From: Tubiluchus corallicola
Taxonomy: Eukaryota; Animalia; Priapulida
NCBI GenBank assembly: GCA_030141605.1
Contig: JAQGDQ010000191.1
Location: forward strand, 62,001 to 126,000
Length of the DNA: 64,000 bases
Reading direction: 5' to 3'
The position numbers were made by a program, and so were the translations under genes. The notes beneath the pieces are model-generated. The model saw nothing but the letters and a program-made list of their open reading frames with translations. It was not told the DNA's origin and made no database searches. Position 1 is the first letter of the stretch, and each line of letters begins with the position of its first letter. Positions 42,201 to 57,677 of the stretch are shown in pieces.

Positions 42201-45200
42201 AAGAATATTCAAGTTTTTAGTGAACACATTTTTATTTTTGTGGGGAAAATGTATTTAATCTTTGTTCATTGAGTCATATTGTTTCATCATTTCTGTGCAG
42301 CGGGGTCTTCCACGCCGCTAATAGGGAAAGCATGGATTGGGCAGTGATTATGGTGTACAAAAAACCAGAAAAATCTAATGTTTCAGTGTTCAATGTTGCA
42401 TAAAGCTAATCCAGCCGTATATAGGTCAATTAAACGACCCGAATAGTTTTACCAATTTATTGAAGTAGTTACCTTTTAATGTATTTTCTATTTCTGATAC
42501 ACCCCACATGGGTGAAGAAATATTAAGCACGTAAAACGTTCATATGATGTAGCAAAACATTAAAAGTTAAAATGTTCATTCATGTTTGTGCTATACAACC
42601 GTTATTAAAATGTGATTGTAAGTAATTATTAATTGCATATGAAAAGCCGACAGTACACAGTGAGGTACTGGTGGAACAAAACACACGATCTGAGGAAAAA
42701 CAAAGTTTCTCGTCTTCTGTTTAGTTTACGAAGTTTTTCTAAAAAATGGAAAATGTACTCAGGGTAGACACTTAGCCATGTTGACTCTGGCTTGCAGAAC
42801 TGGAGGCGAAATAGTTTAAAATAACAGACGCGCATTGATCAGTCGGTTTGACGAACTGCTTTCATAGTACCATCAAAATTCAGCTGCTCGAAAATATTGA
42901 AAAACGATACATGATACGTGTTTGATAAACCTTTCGAATGTTATCACAAAATTAAGTACTGGTTACTATGTAACAATGAAACATCCACATTAACACTTAA
43001 AGTTAATCATAGTGAGGTAGAACTGTGCTGATATACTGAAATATAATGCTGATAAGCTCACAAGGAAGTGCGACTGAGTGTAAAGTCATAATATAAGAGA
43101 TAACAGCATAGTAAATGCTGGAAGTGTGGTCCGTTAACTTGTACTCCCAGACTTATAGAACCTTCGTATAGTATAGTATTGATACTTCTTGATATATATG
43201 CATTGTTTCCTCTGGAATACCCTGTATATATGTATATAGGCCCAATTGTAAAAGTTTGATTCCTACTGGCTGTTGCAGAAAAAAAGATACTCCACACACA
43301 AGCAACATTGTTGTTAGAACTTAAAGATAACTGTTGCTGATCATGAGACATTCGGGGTGCCAATGGTACCACTCATGCGGGATGGGGTCAGATGATGGTA
43401 ACCAGCTTTGGGCGACTCATTATATTTAGCTGGACATTATATTTTATAATTATAAAATTAAAAATAGCAGAGTTGTCACAGATATCTACTGACACAGCAG
43501 TGCTCCATCGTTTTGTTTCACGACACAGGAACAAAAATAAGTATCCATCAAAACCATTCAAAGCACGAATATAGAACAAGTACCCGATACAAAAGTAAAG
43601 TGGATAAATTACACGTAGTGTGATATTGTTACTTTTATTTATTATAAATTTTTTCAATGGAATCGAAATTTTGCGTTTTATAGCGATTTGATATAAAAGA
43701 TTTATAGGATATGTGTAAAGATTAGAGAAAGCGAATGATGGTAAAACTAACATGATAATGATGATGATGATGATGATACCTTTGGTACAGTATATAAAGC
43801 AAATATTACCCTTATTTTCTTTTTAATTACATTTAGATGCGGGTATTTTAACCAAAGTTTTCACTATTTTACATCTAAAGTGTGAAGCAACTGACATTAT
43901 GCATTTTTATAAATCTATCTTCGTGAGCTTTTCTGTAACAATTTCGAAATGACGCCTTTTATTTTATATAGTTGTTTTATTATGATATTCTAACAGCAGA
44001 ATATTAGGCCTATCTCATATGAAACCCTAATATTGTTAGGTATTCAGCTTGTACGTTTGCAAGCTCTTAAAGTAAAACAAAATTGTTTTTCCTTTGCGTT
44101 GAACCGAAGTACATTTTTATAAATTATTAAAGGAAAAATCACGAAAACTGCGTTTGCTCGGTAAATTTGCCGGCTAATTTGTCAAGTAGCTGTACCAGAG
44201 CGGCCATATTACGTTCTATGAAACACATGCGTTTTCTTCCCGTAAATCGAACAATAAAATTAGGGGTTCGGGCATTCTCTCGTCCACTCAATCAATGCGA
44301 GGCTGTAAACCTACAGCAGAGTGGAAAATTTAGGAAAATAACACTTTTGATTGTCGCAAAAGTTAGAGAAACGACTAGAAGTGTGCGGTTACGTTAGCCT
44401 GGCCTAACAGCCCTTATCTAAGCGAAAAATGTTACTTTTATCTGTGCTTTTGATATTCATTTCTTGGAATTTGTTTTTATTTACATATGTAATTATACAG
44501 ATAATACAGGATGGCTATATCTGCAGAAATATTATTTATTGATGTGCAATGCACTATGGGCACCATGCATGCTGTTAGGGTTTTTATATGATTTATGCTG
44601 AAATAAACCTATGTAATCTGGTCTTACACGGGTACCGTAGTAGTGTGTACTTCAAATGTCCGAGTAAGAAAAGAAATATCAGAAATATTGGAGCTTGAAG
44701 GATAATTTGCAATAGTTATTGTTATGTCTTGCAGTGAATCTCAATATGTGCATTTATTTTGACGTTGACGGGATGAGAGAACTAATGAGAAATAATCATG
44801 CCAAAAACGCAATAAATGTAGCTGTGAATTTTATTTTGAACTTTTCGGCTGTTCTGTTAAACATCCTCAGCCAGAAAAACCTAGAAACAAAAACAGGGCT
44901 GGTCTAACTTTAGAATAATGTTGTAAATTTGCTAACGATATCGCCTTCAAAAATCCGTATCCGTTGTACGTATACGTCGAATTTAGAAAGATTCTATACG
45001 CAGCCATACAAAGTAAATATAATCAGCATGAACCTTTAATAATCATTAGCATAATAAACATAAAGTCTGCAAAACGTAGAAGCAAAAACTTGAATGCAGC
45101 GAATTAACCAGTCACGAGAGGATTACTGAATCCACGATTATGACTTTATTATTCAATTTCAGTTACTTGTAATCATGTTTAATTCCTCAGTAAAGAGGAG

Positions 45201-45849
45201 AATTTCAGGAATTTAATTTTCCGAAATTGTCTCTGTACCATGTTGGGATAAAGACAGACCACTCAGATATTTGCAGTGAAATGCAGTAATCAGGCGCCTG
45301 AATGCTTACAGAAAAACGTACTACTTCTGCGCAAGCGAATTAGAACTAAATGAATTTTGATTACATGGTTCAGTAAGCAAAGTCTTCTGGGTGGGTTTGT
45401 TGGTTGAATGGACTTCTGTTCTCTTAATTGTGGACAGAACCGAAGACCTGTTCGCTGTGATACCAATTAAGCTCAGATGGGTAAATTATTTTGACAAATT
45501 TCACTCCGAACAATTTGATCATGTCATTCCTGCGCGAAGGAAATTGAGAAATGTGCTTGCTGTGGCATTGAAGCTATAACGATTTTAACTGTGAGTGAAA
45601 TTTGGTCGTATTCCCAAAGGGTGCCGCTAGTCTAGATAGATGGCAAAGTTTTCCGCATTTTCAAAATAACGATGATCATTTTACGGAGTTGGCGTCCTTG
45701 ATAGACGCAAGTTCTTGTCTTCAAACACGGATAAGTTACAGTATAAAGAACATTCAGAGTTATAAAGAAAGAGAGAGACAGAGGTATCCAGGGAGAGTTG
45801 AATTCGTGTATATCCATTTGACAGCAGTTGAGTAATAGGTATGGTAATG

Positions 45850-46130
45850 GTTATACTGAATGTTCTTTTTGTACAAATCTCCCCAAACAGGATCAATGGC
45901 CTCTCGAGATAAGGGGTTACAGTGACAAAAAAGAAGAAAATACTTGCCCCTAGAAACAGGGTTCGTATCCATTTTGATAGTGATATCTATCGACATTCTT
46001 CTTGAATCGAGTTTCTGCTAGGTTATACTTAGAGAAGCAATTTTCTGGCAGCGAATTCCACAGATCAGAAACCTGGGAGAAAAATGGATTTATAAGTAGC
46101 TGTTCTACATCTAGAAATGTTCAAGGAAAG
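45850..46130 (-). mobile_element. 3' end fragment of a CR1/L2/Jockey-group LINE
   Basis: Minus strand SLNISRCRTATYKSIFLP/(frameshift)VSDLWNSLPENCF..RFKKNVDR resembles the C-terminal 'SFFPR..LWNSLP' motif of these clades, followed by a short 3' UTR. Confidence 0.7.
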
Positions 46131-49100
46131 TTATAAGAAGCAACAGAAGAAAGAGTGCAATGAACAAGTAGTCGCCATGTCGCCATCAGCGTTTTGAAAA
46201 CAGTAGTGATAGTCCTAAAAGCATCTTCCAGAGAGAAAAGACGCTTAATGAAGCTGACGATGAGAAAGCGGCTGAAAGTATTCTGAGAAGGACTTCGAAA
46301 CTTACTCGAATGAAGTCATACTGCAAAAATTTATGAAAAATGTAAGTCAAACTGCATCTGCTAATATACAGGTAAAAGCAATTGTACAGTGGCGTTTGAC
46401 GTTGTTATTGTCTCAATCACAATTGCAATAATACTCCTTAGTATGTACTTATATGAACAGCTGGACACTTACACCCCCAATCGTCGTTTTATCCACCACT
46501 TCGTTCAACCAGCCTGTCTGCCATGATCACACATTTTGTGTAGGGCTTTTCCACGCAGCGAGAACATTAAAAATCCGCGGGCTGTTTTTTGCACTTAGCC
46601 TCATTATCTGCTCTGGTATTTTGAGAAGTACCCCCTCAATGACAAGTCGCCTTTCCGATCGACTAGAAGTTTGTCCAACTGGACTAAATGTAATTTGAGA
46701 TGTTAACTTGCCATCGAGGCCTCACGCAGTTGATTTTATATGAAGTCATGCTGGGGTAATTATTCCATTTTAATCTGAGAATGAAACCCGCACTGAATCC
46801 GCGCCACACACTGACTATCAATCTAAAATTCCAGATACCAGGAAAATCGGAATGTAATTGATTCGAGGATAACAAAAGAAAAAAACCCGAAAAATCCCAC
46901 CTTTTAAAGCTCCGTTTACGGCTAGCGTCATAACAATATATATGTCAACGTCACCAAGTATTTAAAAATATAACAGAATATGGCTCACATGTGGCTAGAT
47001 TTGGCGTGAAATTATTCATTAGAGAGAGCCAAAGCCGTAAAATGGTACAATTTGGCATGCCACAAACTGAGATCGAGCATTCAGCGGCAGGCCATAATTA
47101 CTATAGTTGGTTGAGGAGGGACCGGAACGAAAGACTGGTTTTACACCCTATTCGCTACTTAGGGAATTTATTTGCAGATGCTAATTACTAGTCATGTGAG
47201 AACCATAACAAGTAATAATAGCCCTCTTTCCGCAAGTTCCGCATTTCTAAATATATTATTTAAAACAATGCTCTATTTTATTCATGCTCACATGGCGCCA
47301 TCATTCATTAAAATGAGCGTAACTTTACATGATTTTACTAATTATACAGTTTGTACCGGATTTTTATTGCTAAAATTTTCTAACTTTTGCCCGAATATCA
47401 TAATGCGCCCAACTTCATGAAAGCCTTAACATTTTCTTTGAATAAACTATTGTAATTCGATAATGTTGTTGCATTAGAGGTACCGTCTTTGTTTATATGT
47501 ATTAAATCTTTGCTCACAATAGAGAACCATAAGCTTGATAAGCTATTAGATATCTAATCAGTACAGCGTAAAACGAGTGTGAGCCAAGTTCATATGTAAA
47601 TGCGTCCTTCCTTAGTGAGGGAAGTGGCTGGATCAGTATGGCAAATGTAACCACAGAAAACCGTCAGCGATCACTCATACATTTATTAACTAGATCAGGT
47701 GTTGCTCAACTTCACAGCCAAGCGTACATGTCCATGCATGCAACCATTCTCAATAAAATTGTTTTAGTAGGAAGATAAAACTAAGTTAACAAAGTATCAT
47801 TGAATATGGTACAACTGGACCAAACTGACAATTTTAGCTGCTATCATATAGAAACCCACAGTACAAACACCGTCATACAATAAAACAATGATCGAATATT
47901 AAATTCTATATTGCCGCATTGTATAAAATGGCACCAGTGGACTATTAAAACTGCAATTAGGAATTACAATTACCCAGAATCGGACAGGCAATGTGGGCAG
48001 AACTTATTTGAAATGTTAATGATAACGTGACCTATAAATAGCCGAGTGGGATTTGCAGATTTAAGTGTATAACTGAAGCACTGCAGCTACTAAAAGCTTG
48101 TAGAAAAGTCAGTGATTATTTTAATATAGACTAGTAAAGTATTTGCAAACATAAGCGATTATAAAAACCAACAATGTTTAAGCGTGAAACAACAAAAAGT
48201 TATAGGATATAATTTTACGTTTTCCGATCGCTTATTGACCTCTGTGACCGTAAATGTACTTGATTTCTTTCTTGTCTGTCATGAACAGTTTTTATTCTCA
48301 CAGCATACAGTCGATACCTAACAAATCTAACTTGCTAGTTGTCGCAACAAGTCATAATTAATTCAACACTTGTTAGTACCTTAAAGAGGTAGACTTACAA
48401 GTTTAAAGTGAGTTAATTTTTGTTGCTCGGAAAATTTTGTCTCAGCTAGCAACACTGTTATTGTTATCGTCGTTCCCGTTCCCATTCATACAAATATTTT
48501 TGTTAAAAGGCAACTATATGAGACTGTTGTCAGTCAGTGTATGCTCACATTGTTCTATGAGAGCTTTCTGCACAAATTTATTATTTATTTCCTTTATCTG
48601 GAATTTAATATTCCCCGCAGTGATGTAACATTAACCTTTCTACAGCCAACCTTCCAATTTTTTAGACTATGGAAAAAACGTTAAGGTCAAGATGACGGTA
48701 TTCAAAGACATTCCCTCGCAAATAAAGTGGCAAGTCTATCACACAGTTCCTAAAACTATTTCTGTGTTTGTTATTATTTGCGCCGGTTGCCGTCATGTTT
48801 GTCTGCATAACGTTGCGTATACACCACTAGTTGGACTAGCATCAACAATTTACATTCAGTTACACAAATAGTTAGTTTAGGCTGAGTTTTGGTCCCATTG
48901 AGTATTAGCGATGGTGTGCATGATAAAAAGCGCCAAAGGGAGAACCGCCATGAATGAACAAAGCGGAATCATTAATTTATCTGTCGACATATATATATTA
49001 ATCACTTGCAATCTAATAAATTAGAAAGCCGTTGTAGAGTCAACAGTACCCTGAGCGCAATATCAGTCTTTTCAATTAGTGTTGATCACATCTTGTCTCT

Positions 49101-49371
49101 TGTGACTTTACTGGTTACAAACTGATTTTGCAGTACCTATAGTATTCTTTAATTGTTTTGAATCGTAAAACGTACTGGCGGATGTTATCTTCAGTTTTTC
49201 AATTTTAATTAGTACTTGATGGATTGTCAGGGCTACTAGATGTTTTGAACGCTGGACACACACCACACATTTTACAACTGAAATCGTGCGTAAGACGATT
49301 TCAAAATTCCATTGATTTCGAAAACAGTAACAATATTGTCAGTCGAACGCATGCTTGATAGGTACTTTTTA

Positions 49372-49553
49372 TGGTTCGTTCAGACATAGAGACTTCTCTC
49401 GTAACTTGTTGCGCAACTTCTCTCTGAGAGTGTAGTTGCAGGTGTAAACGACTTGGCAACTTCTCTCGTGACTTACTGCACAAGTTAACTCTCAGCAGCT
49501 CTCGTTGAGTTTGCAATAAGTTGTGAGAGAAGTCTCTACGTCTGAACGCGCCA
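49372..49553. mobile_element. Tourist/PIF-Harbinger-type MITE (182 bp)
   Basis: About 40-bp imperfect TIRs tggttcgttcagacatagagacttctctcgtaacttgttgc / gcaataagttgtgagagaagtctctacgtctgaacgcgcca, flanked by TTA on both sides (49369-49371, 49554-49556). Confidence 0.85.
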
Positions 49554-50073
49554 TTACATTGCTCAAACGGCTTCCGTTGTGCGTGAGCACCTATGGCATT
49601 AATAAGTAAAATGCTGTCTGGCAATAATGCCTATAGCAGAACAATGAAGTGGTTGCGAAGCACCTGAAAGCGCAGTAGTGTGGTTTGGTTTTAAAACAAC
49701 GAAATTTTAATCTTCTTTGTAGATTAAACAGTTGGTTGGTATCCGATAGCAAGTAAATGTTCTTGCTGTATACAACTACAGTGCATAATCTTCTATAGAA
49801 ACCTTTCCAACGTGGGGACATTTTTAACAGACAACATCGATTTTTGGGACGTTTATCAATTTCTGGTATATTTTGTTGATTTGAACTAACAGTTTGTTCT
49901 CAGATGTTTTCAGCTAAGAGACTGCTACAAAATGGTTCACTATTTTGGTGCTAAATAACTAGCTATAATGGTATGTTTGTGTTTGTACCAGTAATTACAG
50001 TACAGAAATGTATTGCAACTTTTGTTGTATAGTAAAGGTAGAGCAAATTTTTCTTTGGGCGTCAGTAATCTAT

Positions 50074-50275
50074 AGTCCAGTCTAGTCCTCGCCTCGTCTC
50101 GCCTCGCTTCATCGAGTTGTATTGAATCGAATAGTATTCAGTCCCATCCAATCCAGCTCACTCCAGTCTAGTCCAATCCAATCCATTCCAATTCAATCCA
50201 ACCCAATCCAGTCCAATCCAGTCCAGCCCAGCCCAATCCAATCAAATTCAATCGAATACAATCCGATCTAATCTT
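50074..50275. repeat. Degenerate pentanucleotide array (TCCAG/TCCAA/CTCGC)
   Basis: Directly visible 5-bp periodicity. Confidence 0.85.
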
Positions 50276-53116
50276 AACTAAAAAGCTAAAACTAAAACAC
50301 TGCGTCGACAAACGCGCATGTTTGCTATTTCTTAGTGTCAAACTCAGTGTCTGTAAAGGCAGCGTCTACTGTCTCAGTGTTTACGATCTAATAACCTCAA
50401 CCTCAGCACCTGCAACCTTAATCACCGTAACGAGTAACATTAAAGTTATGATGTTTTATGCATTTTTCTTTCCATTTCACTGTTAATCTGGCAAGCAAAT
50501 GCTGACAAACATTTTAGTTTTTTCAGATTCTGCTTATACGCTGATATGAATACTTGCTAGGGCTTTTAACGAAATTACCAAAAACTCGATGCGGCAAAAA
50601 AGATGTTATCGTTCCACTCCGATCTGGAAACTGACAACAACAGGCACGGAATAACAAAACATCATCAGCCGAAACGTGCGGTTAAGTAATGTGTTTTGAA
50701 AAGCAAAGCAAAAATTTGTAACGAAACTAATAGAACTGTGCAAAAAAATAGGCTTGCAAAAAAGCAAATGCTGTTAGATAGACGCATTTGCGGACAATGT
50801 TATTTACAGAATAGTTTGTGTAAATAACAAACTCGTGCAAGCAAAAACCAAAATGAGAACAGGACCATTAATTAGGAATATTTTGATAACCCATGCAAAG
50901 TGCATTTGCCTGGGTATTAGCATGGATAAAAGCATATGTTTGGGTCTTAGACCTGACAAAACTGCGGTTATGTTGTGGTTCGAACGCAGCAGGTATTGGC
51001 TATAACAACCCAAACACAAACCAGTTGTTTTAAAGTCTTGTGGATGGTACATAATTTAAATGTGGGTTCACAGAATCCAGAAAGAAGAAAACATAAGTTG
51101 TGCGTCAATAGGCTGAAATGCTTTAAGAAGAAGTCAACATATTCTTAATAGCAACACAAATAACGTTTAAATAAATAGCCTGCAATAAATGAAAATTTGC
51201 TAAAGACAAAAAACTATTCGTGAGGAATTAGCGAGTAGTTGAAGCGACGTGTGTACACGTACAAAAATGGAAACGTATAATGTGTAATAAATAAAATGGA
51301 AGCAAATTTCTTTGTTGTGAACTATTTGTATAAATACTGAAAAACGTGTTTAAAAACGTGAAAATCAACGTAGAAAAATGTCTGAGGGTGTTAGATGTCT
51401 CATCTCACATATTTTTTAAAATAAAAATGAATAAAAAGAATTGCATTGAGCGGTTGGAAAGTTGAGAAAAATTTAAAAAGAAAATTAGAGGCATCAAAGT
51501 GCATAGGGACTTCTAAGACATCCTAACACTCATTTGCATTTTTTGTCAAGTTGCGTCACAATACGTGTGGTAATGCAAGACTTGGTTATACTTCTTGGAA
51601 CATCAGTTTCACAATTTCGCACCACGTTATAGCCTCCTTGCCTTGGGCTTCACCTAGTCATAGCGTCGATTACTTAACGCTTTCAGTTTACATTCCAAAA
51701 CGTTTTATTGGATTGGTGATTAATTGGCAAATATTTAACATGTAACTTTGGTGTACTGACAATATTCGCTGTCAGTTGTAACGAAGCCTGTAGCAATTAG
51801 ACTTTTGTTACTTTCTTGACGTAAAAGCATATACTCCATCTGGACAACCTCAATCGTAAGGATGATGCAAATACGTACATAAATTTTAAATTTACGTTTT
51901 ATATAAAAACCGTGTTTTTCACCGGTGAAATAACCCTGAGAAATTTGTTTTAAACTTATTTAATGTTTACTTTTTGCTTTCCTAAGCACGTGGCAGCTTT
52001 CTCAAATTTCTTGTTAACTCTTTCATAGAAACAATAAAAGCCATTGTCTTCTCTGTGAGTAAACGTGCGTCTTATCAGATTGCCTATTAAGTTTTGACAA
52101 ATTTTGATCTTTACCAGTTAACTTATCGCTTTTTACTAACTTATTATCCAGTTAATATCCAGTTATCATCGTAGATAACAATTGTGTAGCCGTTTTCCAG
52201 GAAACGCTTCCAACCACTTTCCAACGTATTTGACCAGTGTGGCTTCATCAGCATTGAAAGCTATAAACTCTACAAATATTTAGTTTTTCAGTTTTTTTCC
52301 TAAGAAATGAAACCACGAGAGATACTGTCTTTTGTGCAGTTCGTGAAGTATGACAAGATGTTTAGTAAGCGGTAGAGCTCATGCTTCTGTTATAATAATG
52401 TACTTAAGGCATTTTGTAGTATTTATGCTAAACCATTAGTGAATCTTTATGTTTTAAACCTCAATGACTGTAAATAGTAAAAAAATCAGATGTATCGCTA
52501 CTTTCGGAGACAAAACTGGAAGTTAACTTCTCAGCTGAATCGTACGTGAAGCCAGAATCTCCTTTCACCATCTAGAGTGCTCGTTTCCTCATGGACTACT
52601 TCTAAGGATTCTTTAGAAGTAGATTATGAGGAGAAGAACAAACCAAATGTTGAAAGGAGATACTTGTATAGGAAGCCTAGAGTCAGGCGCAGTTCCGTCT
52701 GGCTCTGCTGCTTGATCCGTTTATCGTCCGCTACTGTCGATCTTCACAATTTTTAGTACTGTGGTGCAGTTTCATTTAGCGATGTGTCGTCCTTCACCAA
52801 ATGTCACTGTATGTCATAAAACATGTGTTGTGCAATCTCGCATAATATGCTTGCAACTATTATCACTTTCTGTAACTTCACCATTTCTCACAGTTTTGTT
52901 CAAATTGTCATCAGCTCAACTCAAATGCTTGATCGTATTACTGATGGCGCCTCCTTTTTTCTGTAATCTTGGTAAGCTAATTTAATTAGCTTCAATTGTC
53001 ACTGCATTCAACTGCAATGGTGGTAGAACCCTCGCATTTCTGCTAGAGCCTGCTACTGATCATCACTGAAACCTCTGAAGCCAGACATGAGTATTTAACA
53101 TGTTTCTTGAATATAT

Positions 53117-53615
53117 GATGATGATGATGAATCTTTTATTACGCCTCTATGTGCAGGCTCAATACAACAATAATTAAAAATGAAACCATGTGCAGACATT
53201 AGTGACACACATTAATAAATGCATACAATTACATAAAAAATATAAGCAACTGTACAAATTATATACAAATAAACAAATGCGTATGTACAAACAGATACGT
53301 TAGGAAGTACAAACTATATACAAATCGTCACCCTATTGAATATATTGCAAATATATATATTGTATTGAACATTAAGCTTGGAAACTAACTTTCAACTGCA
53401 GGACCTTGGCAATGTGGATGCTTGCGGAGAGACCGGAGCCTGGCTCATTATCAGGGCTGAGTCTTTAAGATGAGCTACTGTGAGTGTTTATCCATCAACG
53501 AGGTAAAGTCAGAATCGGTATGGAGAACGAAACCGCCCAGAGACAAGTACTAAACCCAGGCAGTCGTAACTGGCCTCGGCGCTCCTCAACTTCGGTCGCA
53601 TAACACGCACGTAAT
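53117..53615 (-). mobile_element. Candidate 5S rRNA-derived SINE (SINE3), copy 2, with AATAAA and (CAT)n tail
   Basis: Minus strand CGAAGTTGAGGAGCGCCGAGGCCAGTTA, GACTGCCTGGG and TTAGTACTTG resemble 5S internal-promoter segments; a 30-nt body block matches copy 1 at 26/30. Whether the tail belongs to the same insertion is inferred. Confidence 0.55.
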
Positions 53616-56600
53616 CACTCGGCTATTCACCCGCCTCTTGAGTTTGTCAAAAAATAACTCGCGATTTTGGAATTTGGCTAAGCAAAGTGAGCACGTGTTT
53701 TCTGACTCCGCATTATGGAACAATGACGCAAAACTTGCAGATTGATCAATTAACGACAAGGCTTCAACGTGTGAAACATGTGCATGCATGAAGGAATTGA
53801 GTACTTTGCTTGTAGTTGTAGGGCGAGCATTCACTAATGCGGATATATGTATGCATTTGCGTCGTAGAGAGTGTGATTTATGTGTAAACGACTTCTGGTT
53901 AACGTAGTTTAACGTTGAGAAAATGAACGTAACTTTTGCCTCTGGAGTTAGTTCTGGAACTGTCCCCTTTACACGTCTTATTGTAACTGATGTATATTTA
54001 AACAAGTTCATAAGCTTTAAAAGTTGCTATATTTTCAAATAAAAATGTTTTTTGGAATCCTCAAATTAGTGACTCTGTATCAAGTTCAAAAATTACTTAT
54101 AATGATTATTTTTTATTTGGTTGTTCATTTAAATTGAATTAACGCTACAGAAGTTAGCTTAAAGGACAAGACAACTCTTTATTTACATTAAGATAAAAAA
54201 TGCGTCTTGAAATTTTGTGTCACTGATATGCTGACTTTACATTAGCAGTAACGCTGGGCAAAACTTGTAAAATATTAAACTCCCGCGCTGATCGTTGGAC
54301 ACAACCATTCTAACGGCCAGAAAATTAGTAATTAATTTAGGAAAGTTAAAATAAAACATTTAATAAAGCATTTATTAAACAAAAACATAAATTACTTTAT
54401 CATGCCAGTAAGATTAATATAGGTAGTACGTTTTTGGTGAAAAAGTAATATTTTTTGGGTCCACAGTAGCTGAATATTTTAAATTATGAAGAATTTTCTT
54501 TTCCAATTACATATTTTTTTCAAACCCAAAAGCTCAAGACTAAGTAATTGAAATTTATATGGAGAGTTTGTTTGGACGTACTTTAAAATTCATTCCCCTT
54601 TAAGTTTATTAAAATAACAACAACATGAAATCAGTAATTATTTGCAGCGAGATTCGTAAATTTCTCGGTCGCTCAACTCTGCACCAGTTGGCTTTTAAAT
54701 TCTAGGATAAAGTTTGCCTGAACTGACGGAATACTTGACAGAAGTTATGACAACATCGTAGTGGAAATGGAACTGGCTAATTCGGGTCGATAAGCAAGGG
54801 CATGTTGTATGGGGAGCAGACAAAACCTGATCACATCATCTTAGGCTGATTTCTCCTATGTTCTATTATGTGGCGCTGTTTTAGTGGTTCTGATTTCACC
54901 TTCAAGACCAACTTGTGTGTTTTTTACTAGTGTTATACTTTTCCTTATTTTGGCCTCTTCACCCAGATTGCATGGCATCTAGAACCGATCGCTGACGAGG
55001 GGAATTGATTAAGTGATGTGAGGAAACTGAATTTAATGGCGGCCGGTGATCAGTAATTTGGCTTGATGAAAATGGGACATTTCAGTTTGTAGACTCGCGT
55101 GGCGCTGAACCGAAATATTGTGGCAGGAAAATTGATTAGGATAATGAGCTCAGTGCACTGGTGCTGGTTTCATAACAAAACATAAAACATATTTCATCTT
55201 TACATATTTCGCGAAATTTTATTTCTTTGCGTAAAAATGACTGTAGCAATGAAATGAAAAATCGAAATTCATTCAAAACACGTTCTAAATTTATTTCAGT
55301 TGCTTTTCATTTTTCTTTAATTATTGTAAATGCGGTAAGCATCACTGACTGTCAATGCTAAATTTCATAGTCGAAATCAATGCTAGCAATTCCTTTCTCC
55401 CGAAAAACCATCTGTTAAAGACCTTTAGACAGGTTATTTAGTTTCAGCTATAGGTAAAATAATGGTCAACCAAAAAGGATTCAGAGTAATGTGGTGTAAA
55501 TGCGCAGACTGAGATAGATAGAGCAGTTGAGAAGGGACGCAAAAAAATCAAAAACAGTAAATGAACATAAGTATAAAATGACGACTCGAATGGCGGTTTG
55601 ATTTCATATGCACAGAAATCATATGCAGTCGGCTTATTTTGTCTTTATCAGTTTAGGTTGTATGACTGTGAAGATGTAGACATAGAGGTCATGAAAATCT
55701 GAGGCAAAGGTCACCTTAAAAATGTAAAATATTTGGTCCTGTGTGACACATGCGGTACGTTTGGCATATATTATTGCAATATGCCAGATAAGTATCCGAA
55801 AAATGCATGAAGCCTCATATCAAATCAAATTCAGAGGTTACCAAAAGATCAGCCAAAGCCGTCACCAAAAAGGTGACACTTTTGTGTAGGGTTCTACACG
55901 AATGTGGCTTAATGCTGCAGTGAGTCGGTCTACTTTTCCAATGTAGTTAATTACCAGAGACAGGATGAGCATCTAAAGAATTATCTAAAGCCATCTAAAA
56001 AAGTTATCTAGCACAAGTCACTGCGCAGTGTTCTTTTGATAGTAGGAAAATATCATACGCCACACAAGTTAAAATATGCAACCCTAATGTAATTCCAGTA
56101 TCAGATAAGTTATTCTGCTTAAAACAAACGATTCGGCCGATCTTCTTGGTCCGACTTTTTCTCGCCAAATTGAACTTTTCTGGTAGCCCACTCGACTTTT
56201 ACGCATTCTCCTTTGTACCCAGAGCAAACCAGTCACTTAGCTGGCCTTTTTGGTCGATGTGGTTAGATTTACCCACGGCTCTAAGAAGATATTTTCATAT
56301 AATTCAGCGCTTTGCAACCGTTGTCGGTGTAGCTGTTATTGTTCTCAGTGTTACCCCAGAGACCAGTGATAAGAAAATTGATGATATTTCTAGTTTCTTC
56401 ACAATAATCATTGATCACTCGCGGTGACGTATTGTGAGAAATACAAAATAAACTAAATTAGTGTATATGGTAGTACCGTCATTAGTGAAAACCGTAAACA
56501 AAAAAATAAATTGGTGAATACCGTGAAGTACTTAATTATTTCTCAAGCAAATATGAACATCTGTTTTACGCAGCTTATGTGGATGCACGGTATAGTCGTT

Positions 56601-57677
56601 TGATTTTCAGTTCTTCAGTATTCTTAGCTTAATTATATGAATATTAATAATCAAAACCGCACATAGCTTAATGATAGTGATGCTCAAAATTTTATAGTGC
56701 TTGTATCAGAGCGAGAACACTAAAATTGTATAGGTGTACTATTCTTACATATTAATTAACTTGTATTAATTAAGAATATTTAACTATAAGATGATGTTAA
56801 GTGTTGAACTGGTACTCGCACACCGTAGTTCTTAAATAGAATAAATACAAAAGTTCATTGAAAAAACAGCGGAGGAATGGCGAAGATCGATAGAAATTTT
56901 AGTTCCCAAACCAAATTTGGCTAAATGGCAGAGCAGTTTCACAAGGGAAATGTCAACGTAATGTAGTACTCAGAATTAAAGCATGTATTTATTCTAGTTT
57001 TGAGTAGCTAGATTTTCCGATTAATAAAATTAAATATTATTCGATGTATTATTTTTGTTTAAAAGCCGATTTTTCCACAACTTTGACAAATATGTGTCGT
57101 TAGTGAACTTTGAAGCCATGTGTTGTACACCTACTTGCAAGCACTACTAAATCAGCCCCTGATTCAATGTAAAACTACAAACACCACATGGGTTGATTCC
57201 GTAAAATACTAAACGAATGCCTTTACTTTGAATTACACACTAGTGCTAAAGTAATTTGGCATCGTTTTTGCTGCTAAGTTCACTTTCGCTGACATCGGGT
57301 GTAATTGCGACCCAATAAAAACCTGCTAACAGCGACGCGAAAACGTTGCAATTGTCAGAATGAATTACTCTCTGTTATTGAGTATTGACCGGTCTTGTTT
57401 TGTATGCGGTGTGTCAGGGTGTGATGGAAAGAAAATTACCACAATTTTTCGCGCATGCTATACCAACATAATTATTTTGCGTTTTTAGCAACCATTTTCT
57501 AAAATGAGTTCCTTATTTTATAGACATGCCATGAGTGAAGTGATAAAAACCTTGTTATTTTAATAGGCAGAATTTATGCTGCCGTACATTAATTAGCATA
57601 CATTCATGTAGTTAAAAAGCACGCAATCAAGCATACAGCTAGCATAAGACATTCATAACTTTTTTCCCGTTTTACAG

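Noticed and set aside
49301-49624. 107-aa - strand ORF
   Set aside because: Runs through a palindromic MITE; non-ATG start.
53586-54011. 141-aa - strand ORF
   Set aside because: No recognisable domain or splice context; ends in the SINE head.
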